A stretch of 52,337 nucleotides of DNA from Bacteroidia bacterium (GTDB lineage: Bacteria > Bacteroidota > Bacteroidia > UKL13-3), in contig JBILJL010000001.1 of the NCBI GenBank assembly GCA_044377255.1, forward strand, positions 1 to 52,337, given 5' to 3'. The notes beneath the pieces were generated by a model that saw only the letters and a list, made by a program, of their open reading frames with translations, did not search any database and was not told the origin of the DNA. The translations under genes were made by a program, and so were the position numbers. This document shows, piece by piece, positions 45,880 through 52,337 of this stretch. Numbering within the stretch: position 1 is the stretch's first letter; every line of letters begins with the position of its first letter.

Positions 45880-48800
45880 ATGAGTAAATACAATCAATTA
45901 AACAATGTGTTGGGCTGGCTACTTTTTGTAGTTTCTTTAGTTACCTACACCCTCACCCTTGAACCTACAGTAAGCTTCTGGGATTGTGGTGAGTTCATTT
46001 CTGCTTCATACCGATTACAAATTTGCCACCCGCCTGGCGCTCCTTTGTTTTTAATGATTGGGCGAGTTTTTAGTTTAATGGCACCTGATCCAAGCAAAGT
46101 GGCATTTTGGGTAAACATGGTTTCTGCAGTTACAAGTGCATTAACTGTTTTATTTATGTTTTGGACCATTACCCATTTGGCTAAAAAAATATTATTAAAA
46201 GGTGCGGCAGAGCTTGAGTCTTGGCAAACCATTGCAATAATGGGCGCTGGAGCTGTTGGTGCATTAACTTTAACCTTTTCAGATACCTTTTGGTTTTCGG
46301 CGGTAGAAGCTGAGGTTTACGCCTCTTCAAGTTTTTTTACCACCTTAACATTTTGGTGTATCCTTAAATGGGAAGACCTAGCAGATCAAAAACACTCGCA
46401 ACGTTGGCTGGTGCTTATTGCCTATTTAGTTGGTCTTTCAATTGGCGTCCATTTATTGAACTTATTGGTTATTCCAGCTATAGTTTATGTGTATTACTTC
46501 AAAAAATACAAGCCTTCAAGAAACGGATTTATTGGGGCATCCGCAGTAGCAATTTTAGCAATAGGCATTGTTCAATTTGGAATTATTCCAGGATTACCTG
46601 GCCTTGCAACTAAATTAGACTACCTAGTTGTTAATTCATTTGGCATGAGTTTTAACTCGGGTGCGTTAATACTCATTTTCTTGCTAGTTACTTTATTGGC
46701 CTCTTTCCTACACTATACACATAGCTTAAGTAAAACGAGTCTTTATATTGCTATAGCATCTTATGCTACATTGGTACTAAGTAGTTTTTCTGTAAACGGA
46801 AGTTTCTCTGGATTAATTGCTTGGGCAATCATTACTGGAGCACTATACTTTTTTATCTTCCAAAGAAAGGCGGCCATGGATGTAGTAAATTTGGTTGTGC
46901 TTTGTTTTTCTTTTGTAGTTATTGGCTATTCGTCCTACTCAATGATTATCATTCGTTCTTTGGCTAATCCGCCTATAGACATGAACGACCCAGAGCAGCC
47001 ATTTTCTTTGTTAAGCTATTTAAATCGCGAACAATATGGCGAAAACCCTCTCCTTTACGGACAGTATTTTTATGCCAAGGTAATAGATTACAAAAAGGGA
47101 GCCTACCAATTTGCGAAAGGAGCAGATGGTAAATATGAAAAAGTTGGGCAAAAAATTGAGCGCATTTATGATCCAAAAGATTGTACCCTTTTCCCTCGTA
47201 TGTGGGCCGATAGGGCTGATTATCAAAACGCATATAGAGAGTGGGAAAAAATGCCGGGTGAGAAAAGAGCCAATATGGGCAAAAACATTGATTTCTTGCT
47301 AAGTTATCAATTAGGGTTTATGTATTGGCGCTATTTCTTTTGGAATTTTATTGGTAGACAAAACGATGAACAAGGATACGGAGACATAACAAAAGGAAAC
47401 TGGATAAGTGGTATTACTTTCTTAGACGAATGGCGCTTAGGCCCTCAAACCACTATGCCAGAGAGCATGAAATCGAATAGGGCAAAAAACACCTATTTCT
47501 TTCTACCGCTAATTCTAGGGCTTATTGGGGTGTTCTACCACTTCAAAAAAGCAAAAGAAGATGCCTCAGTTGTTATGACCCTATTTTTATTTACAGGGTT
47601 CTTCATTATCTTATATTTGAACTTCCCGGCACATCAACCACGCGAAAGAGATTATGCCTATGTGGGTTCATACCAAACCTTTATGATTTGGGTTGGATTA
47701 GGTGTTTTAGCCATTGTAGATTGGTTGGCTAAAAAGATGAATAAAACAACCGCAGCCCTTGGTGCAACTGTTGTTTCATTGGCTGCAGTGCCGCTATTAA
47801 TGGGTTCACAAAATTGGGATGACCATGACCGCAGTAACCGTTTTACTGCCCTACATTTTGCAGAAGATTATTTAAATTCATGCGAAAAAGATGCGATTCT
47901 ATTTACCAATGGCGACAATGATACTTACCCATTGTGGTATGCGCAAAATGTTGAAAATATTAGAAGCGACATACGTGTAATTAACATGAGTTTACTCAAT
48001 ACAGATTGGTATGCAGATGGCCTTAAACGCCCTGCTTATGATAGTAAACCTGTTGAGTTCTCTATGCGCCCTGATCAGTATAAACAAGGAACCAGAGATT
48101 ATGTTGTTTATTATGAAAATCCTGAACTAGAAACCAGATACGGAATCAACAAAAACGATTATTACCCACTCAAAAACATTTTGGCTTTTGTTAATGACGA
48201 TAAGGACCCAATGGGAACAGTTCAAACTCAAGGTGGAGAAGCATTGCGCTATTTCCCAACCAAAAAGTTTAGCATCATTGTTGATAGGGCTGCCTGCTTA
48301 AAAAATGGTGTGGTTAAAGCAAAAGACGAAATGTACATGCTAGATACCATTAAATGGGAAATTGGCAACAATAACCTCATGAAAGCCGATTTAATCTTGT
48401 TGGATATTATAGCAAGTAATATCAATACAAGGCCTATTTATTGGGCTATTACCACTGGTTCAGATGTTTATATGAACCTCCAAGGTTATTTCCAATTAGA
48501 AGGTTTAACCTATAGATTAGTTCCAATTGCAAGCAATATCCAAAGAGATGGCACAACTGGAAGAATCAATTCAGATATCCTTTATACCAACCTTATGGAG
48601 AAGTTTAAGTGGGGTAACATGGCCGAAAGTAATGTGTACTTAGATGAAACCATCTTACGTCAATCTAAAAACTTTAGAAATATATTCTATCGTTTAGCAG
48701 AACAACTCATTATGGAAGGCAAAAAAGATTCTGCTATTAAAACTTTAGACTATTGCTTAAAAGTAATGCCAAACGATAAGGTTCAATACGATGTTTTTGT

Positions 48801-49059
48801 GGTACGTTTGGTAGAAGGATATTACCTAGCAGGAGCAAACGAAAAAGCAAACAATCTTGCCAAAGAACTGATGACCATTCACGAAGAAAAGGCTCGTTAT
48901 TTCTCTAGCTTTAAAAACAAACGCAATGCTGTTAAGCCAGATATTGAAGATAACATTCAAATCATGAATTACATTCAACAGGTTGCGAAAGCAAACAGAC
49001 AAGATGCTTTATCCGACGATTTTACCAAACGAATTAATTCGGTTCAAACCGGTTTATAA
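45880..49059 (+). CDS. DUF2723 (TMEM260-like) polytopic membrane protein, putative glycosyl/mannosyl-transferase
   Basis: From ATG 45880: MSKYNQLNNVLGW...EPTVSFWDCGEFISASYRLQICHPPGAPLF, which is the hallmark N-terminus. It has more than 10 TM helices and a large soluble C-terminal TPR-like region. Confidence 0.75.
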   Translation: MSKYNQLNNVLGWLLFVVSLVTYTLTLEPTVSFWDCGEFISASYRLQICHPPGAPLFLMIGRVFSLMAPDPSKVAFWVNMVSAVTSALTVLFMFWTITHLAKKILLKGAAELESWQTIAIMGAGAVGALTLTFSDTFWFSAVEAEVYASSSFFTTLTFWCILKWEDLADQKHSQRWLVLIAYLVGLSIGVHLLNLLVIPAIVYVYYFKKYKPSRNGFIGASAVAILAIGIVQFGIIPGLPGLATKLDYLVVNSFGMSFNSGALILIFLLVTLLASFLHYTHSLSKTSLYIAIASYATLVLSSFSVNGSFSGLIAWAIITGALYFFIFQRKAAMDVVNLVVLCFSFVVIGYSSYSMIIIRSLANPPIDMNDPEQPFSLLSYLNREQYGENPLLYGQYFYAKVIDYKKGAYQFAKGADGKYEKVGQKIERIYDPKDCTLFPRMWADRADYQNAYREWEKMPGEKRANMGKNIDFLLSYQLGFMYWRYFFWNFIGRQNDEQGYGDITKGNWISGITFLDEWRLGPQTTMPESMKSNRAKNTYFFLPLILGLIGVFYHFKKAKEDASVVMTLFLFTGFFIILYLNFPAHQPRERDYAYVGSYQTFMIWVGLGVLAIVDWLAKKMNKTTAALGATVVSLAAVPLLMGSQNWDDHDRSNRFTALHFAEDYLNSCEKDAILFTNGDNDTYPLWYAQNVENIRSDIRVINMSLLNTDWYADGLKRPAYDSKPVEFSMRPDQYKQGTRDYVVYYENPELETRYGINKNDYYPLKNILAFVNDDKDPMGTVQTQGGEALRYFPTKKFSIIVDRAACLKNGVVKAKDEMYMLDTIKWEIGNNNLMKADLILLDIIASNINTRPIYWAITTGSDVYMNLQGYFQLEGLTYRLVPIASNIQRDGTTGRINSDILYTNLMEKFKWGNMAESNVYLDETILRQSKNFRNIFYRLAEQLIMEGKKDSAIKTLDYCLKVMPNDKVQYDVFVVRLVEGYYLAGANEKANNLAKELMTIHEEKARYFSSFKNKRNAVKPDIEDNIQIMNYIQQVAKANRQDALSDDFTKRINSVQTGL

Positions 49060-49081
49060 TTTTTATATTTAACAAACCAAC

Positions 49082-49115
49082 AAAAAAGCTGCTCAATGGG
49101 CAGCTTTTTTGTTTT
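49082..49115 (+). terminator. Intrinsic terminator after the DUF2723 gene
   Basis: AAAAAAGCTGC-tcaatgg-GCAGCTTTTTTGTTTT, 23 nt after the stop codon. Confidence 0.75.
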
Positions 49116-49138
49116 CTTTGCACCTCAAGATTATTTTT

Positions 49139-49882
49139 ATGAGCCAAACAACTATTTATGGCGTTCATGCAATTAAAGAGGCATTTAACGCCGGCCGTGA
49201 ACTAATCAAAATTCAAGTGCAAAAGGGATTATTAAACCCCCAAGTAGAAGAAATATTAAGCATTTGCAGAAAACAACAAGTTCCTGTACAATTTGTTCCT
49301 AAAGAAAAATTCTACTCCTTCAAAGAAAAAAATCACCAAGGTTTGGTTGGCTATATTTCTCCTATTTCTTACCACAGCATTGAACAAATTGTTCCTCAAC
49401 TTTTTGAAGAAGGCAAAACCCCTTTTATCATGGTTTTGGATAGGTTAACAGATGTGCGAAATTTAGGTGCAATTGCCAGAACTGCCTTATGTGCTGGCGT
49501 TCATGCCATTGTTATTCCTCATACAGATTCGGCTCCTGTTAATGATGATGCCGTAAAAACTTCCGCTGGCGCGTTGATGAAATTACCCGTTTGTAGAGAA
49601 AAAAATTTAAAAACTGTTATAGAATTCTTGAACCAATGTGGCTTTACAACTCTTGCTTGCACAGAAAAAGCCAATAATAATTTGGATCAAATAGAATTAA
49701 GCGGACCGCTTGCCATTATTATGGGAAATGAAGAAACGGGCATTAGTAACGACTTAATTAAAAAGTGTACCGAGCTTGGGAAAATACCTATGGACTTTGG
49801 ATTGGCTTCATTAAATGTTTCTGTGGCTGCTGGTATAGCCATGTATGAAGCTATGATTCAAAGAAAAATTGCAGGTAGTTAA
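49139..49882 (+). CDS. rlmB: TrmH/SpoU-family 23S rRNA (guanosine-2'-O)-methyltransferase, RlmB-like
   Basis: From ATG 49139: MSQTTIYGVHAIKEAF (SpoU substrate-binding N-domain). Also DRLTDVRNLGAIARTA, IIMGNEETGIS and IPMDFGLASLNVSVAAGIAMYE. Confidence 0.8.
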   Translation: MSQTTIYGVHAIKEAFNAGRELIKIQVQKGLLNPQVEEILSICRKQQVPVQFVPKEKFYSFKEKNHQGLVGYISPISYHSIEQIVPQLFEEGKTPFIMVLDRLTDVRNLGAIARTALCAGVHAIVIPHTDSAPVNDDAVKTSAGALMKLPVCREKNLKTVIEFLNQCGFTTLACTEKANNNLDQIELSGPLAIIMGNEETGISNDLIKKCTELGKIPMDFGLASLNVSVAAGIAMYEAMIQRKIAGS

Positions 49883-50883
49883 CCAAGAGTTATTTTTTGT
49901 TTTAGTGCCTCCACCTTTTCTCTTAATACCCTAAAAAACTGATTTCTTTGCTTTTCTCCAACACCGCTAATTAAAGTTGATTTTCTCAACAAATTGTTGA
50001 GCCAAAGTTCATTCTCATGAACAAAATCGGCGCTAGTTGTGCTCATCATATTAAAGGTGTTGTTGCTCACATACGCAATTTTGGTTGAACCAATATTGGC
50101 CAAGATGCTATTGTTGCCAATCATCACCTCGCTTTTATAAAGCTTAAAATTCTCTCTTCCAGATTCTCCCTTCTCAATCAACTTGCTACTCTTGGCCGCT
50201 TTTTTTAACACCAGGTTTAGTTCCTCTAAAAATAAATCACAAAGGTGTAAGGCATCAATTTTATGGTTAAAAAAACCCGATTCCCAAAAGTATTCAATTT
50301 GCTTGAGGTTACTGTTTAGGGTGTCTTCCGTCCAAATTTCAATTGAGTTAATTTCATTGTAATTCTTCAACATCTCCGAAGCGCTGCTTATCATTTCCTC
50401 ATCAATTAAACTAGGATCATAGTTTTCATCGGCAAAATCTGGTGAGTTTAAAATCGACTTTAACCAATAAAAAAGTTTAAACGTAATTAGGTCTCTGTTA
50501 AAGAAATGATGCCACAAAGGAACATCGTCTGCCCCATAAATTATTTGGTTGTTTACAGAGGTGCCTATCTTTTTCACATCTCCAGAAATGTACATTAACC
50601 AGAGTTTAAAGTTTTCTTTTTTGTCATCTAACTTCAAATAGTCAAAAGTTACCTTATTGCTCATGTGCTGCACTTCTGGATCAAAAGAAACCCTAAAATG
50701 TTTACAAATCAGCGTTATTTCTTCAATATTAAATAGGGTTTCACACCTTATTCTCCTATAGGCGCTATCTGTGCTAAGCGTTAATAAATCAGCCAGCTCA
50801 TCTACAAAAGAAACATTTGGTGGTATGCCCGATTTTACGCGCATCAAAAATTGTTCTTGAATAAATTTAGATTTGTTTTCCAT
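49879..50883 (-). CDS. Hypothetical protein with N-terminal helix-turn-helix (BetR-like)
   Basis: VSFVDELADLLTLSTDSAYRRIRCETLFNIEEITLICKHFRVSFD resembles an HTH. I do not recognise the remaining 260 aa. Confidence 0.45.
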   Translation of the reverse strand: MENKSKFIQEQFLMRVKSGIPPNVSFVDELADLLTLSTDSAYRRIRCETLFNIEEITLICKHFRVSFDPEVQHMSNKVTFDYLKLDDKKENFKLWLMYISGDVKKIGTSVNNQIIYGADDVPLWHHFFNRDLITFKLFYWLKSILNSPDFADENYDPSLIDEEMISSASEMLKNYNEINSIEIWTEDTLNSNLKQIEYFWESGFFNHKIDALHLCDLFLEELNLVLKKAAKSSKLIEKGESGRENFKLYKSEVMIGNNSILANIGSTKIAYVSNNTFNMMSTTSADFVHENELWLNNLLRKSTLISGVGEKQRNQFFRVLREKVEALKQKITLG

Positions 50884-50971
50884 TAGAAACTTTAGGATAA
50901 ATAATTGCTGGCTTTAAATCAATTTAATGCAAGTTATACAAAAATCTCTTTAAACAAAACTCAGTTCCTAT

Positions 50972-52337
50972 TCAATTAATTGCTTTTAATTCGCTTTCCT
51001 TAAGGCTTTTACCCCATTTTACCATTCCTTTTGCATCGAAACACGTAATGGTTAAAACCCTTTCACCGCGCTTTGGCCCACTAATTTTAATGGTGCAAAA
51101 ATTGTTTTCTACCGTTAAGGTATTTTCTACCCTTTGCGGATTTTGCGCTTCGGCTGTTTTCAAAACGCTGCTGCTACCTGCCGTTATGCTGCTGCTGGTT
51201 AAATCGTATAATGGATAGCCAAGTGCTGAGGTAACTTTATCATTTTTTAACAGCTCCGTATGGTGCCTATCTCCGCTAAGAAAAAAAACACCACCAATTT
51301 TTTGATCTATAATGAACTGAATAATTTCTTCCCTTTCTTTTTTGTACAAATTAAAAGATTCTACATTGGTGTTTTCGTTGATAAACTGACCTCCCGCAGC
51401 CACAAATTTAAACGAAGCCTTGCTGTGCTTTAGCTTGTTTTTTAGCCAACTTAATTGGTTCGAACCCAATTGTGTTTTAGAGAATTTGCTTTCTTGCAAT
51501 TCAGATTCATCCCTAAACCAACGATCATCCAATAAAAAAAACTCCGCATCACTAAACCTAAAATTGTGGTAAATACCTTGGCCGTTTTCGCCATAAGTTT
51601 TATTCCCCCAATAGGCTTTAAAACAAGCCGCTGATTCTTCTTTTAAATCAAAGTACTTGTTAGCATCATTGTCGCCATAATCATGGTCATCCCAAATGGC
51701 ATAATGATTCATCTTAGCAAGAAAAGGCTGCATTTGTTGCGTGCTTCTGGTGTGTAAATACCTGTTAGCAATTCCACTTGCACTGCTATAATCTGCCTCG
51801 CGTGTATAGGTATTATCTCCCAACCAAATCATAAAATCTGCCGGTGTGTTTGTCATGGTTGTTAAAATTTCATCGCTTCCTCCATAAGGTTTGCCTGGTC
51901 TATCATAGGCCGAATCATTTATATACAAGCAAGAGCCAAGCATAAAGGAGAAATCTGGCGGCGGGGTGCGCCATTCCCAAAGCACTTTAGTTTTAAAGGT
52001 CAAGGGATAGTTAAATTGTTGAACTTGGTTGTCTAACAAAATTTGATAGTCATAGTTTGAACCCATTTCAAGGCCTGTTAAAATAAATTTACTGATAAAG
52101 GGCTTGCAAATTGCAGACTCTGTATTGCTCAAAGAATTGCTCATCCAAGTGCCATTTGCACCTTTTATTCTGTATTGAATCGTTATTTTTTTAGCACATG
52201 CTGTTTGAACCCAAACCAAACATTCGGTGTGTTCCATATAGCCTAACATAGGGCCTGCAATAATTTTTGCTATGGCTTTACTTTCCTTTTGTGCAAATGC
52301 AATTTGAAATGAAAAAAGAAAAATAATGAATAATAGC
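50972..52337 (-). CDS. PhoD-like alkaline phosphatase/phosphodiesterase (metallophosphatase fold); N-terminus runs off the window
   Basis: DDHDYGDND and GDRHHTEL motifs. The frame stays open upstream of the track's Met (52249) to the window edge and reads ...LLFIIFLFSFQIAFA/QKESKAIAKIIAGPMLGY. This is a signal peptide, so the true start lies beyond 52337. Confidence 0.8.
   Translation of the reverse strand, partial: LLFIIFLFSFQIAFAQKESKAIAKIIAGPMLGYMEHTECLVWVQTACAKKITIQYRIKGANGTWMSNSLSNTESAICKPFISKFILTGLEMGSNYDYQILLDNQVQQFNYPLTFKTKVLWEWRTPPPDFSFMLGSCLYINDSAYDRPGKPYGGSDEILTTMTNTPADFMIWLGDNTYTREADYSSASGIANRYLHTRSTQQMQPFLAKMNHYAIWDDHDYGDNDANKYFDLKEESAACFKAYWGNKTYGENGQGIYHNFRFSDAEFFLLDDRWFRDESELQESKFSKTQLGSNQLSWLKNKLKHSKASFKFVAAGGQFINENTNVESFNLYKKEREEIIQFIIDQKIGGVFFLSGDRHHTELLKNDKVTSALGYPLYDLTSSSITAGSSSVLKTAEAQNPQRVENTLTVENNFCTIKISGPKRGERVLTITCFDAKGMVKWGKSLKESELKAIN

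Noticed and set aside
49879-49882. Convergent rlmB and HTH-protein genes share overlapping stop codons (TTAA)
   Set aside because: The overlap is real but it is a trivial consequence of TAA on both strands. No hairpin or other signal accompanies it.
1-52337. Looked for a mobile element, prophage or genomic island (integrase, transposase, tRNA, flanking direct repeats)
   Set aside because: I found no integrase, transposase or phage-like ORFs and no tRNA genes. The only notable repeats are the local 40.3-40.6 kb block. There is no sequence evidence that the rhodopsin or crt blocks are bounded by mobility genes.

Overview
AT-rich chromosomal segment that looks like Bacteroidota. The support is two T9SS C-terminal sorting domains, SprB-type repeats, TAnnTTTG promoter boxes, and signal peptides that mostly cleave just before Gln. 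I support about 45 protein genes, mostly housekeeping and envelope functions: ppiD, alkB, a CoA-transferase, an ECF sigma module, rbfA, an FtsX-like permease, M28 and M1 peptidases, metK, metG, rlmB, a DUF2723 glycosyltransferase-like protein and a PhoD-like phosphatase. I saw no rRNA, tRNA, CRISPR array, transposase or integrase. The most interesting content is a retinal-phototrophy system split into two blocks. Block 1 (12.5-20.1 kb) holds a crtD-like desaturase, divergent from TonB-dependent receptor-crtI-crtB-unknown ORF-idi. Block 2 (27.3-31.2 kb, minus strand) holds a DUF3050 protein, a single 681-aa ORF fusing lycopene cyclase (CrtY) to a Brp/Blh beta-carotene dioxygenase, and a DTE-motif proteorhodopsin-type proton pump. 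That rhodopsin has Met at the spectral-tuning site. It also has Gly at the helix-E position that is Trp in bacteriorhodopsin and Gly in xanthorhodopsin, which predicts a carotenoid antenna. Other items worth a second look are a long structured metK leader behind a good Bacteroidota promoter (candidate SAM riboswitch, class unresolved), a GC-rich hairpin and 80-bp tandem-repeat block between the SprB-like gene and metG, an SPFH/PH-like/ribbon-helix-helix operon whose last gene is missing from the ORF track, and an ECF sigma/anti-sigma/Spy-like module next to an ECF-type promoter. All family calls come from reading motifs in the translations. No database search was run.
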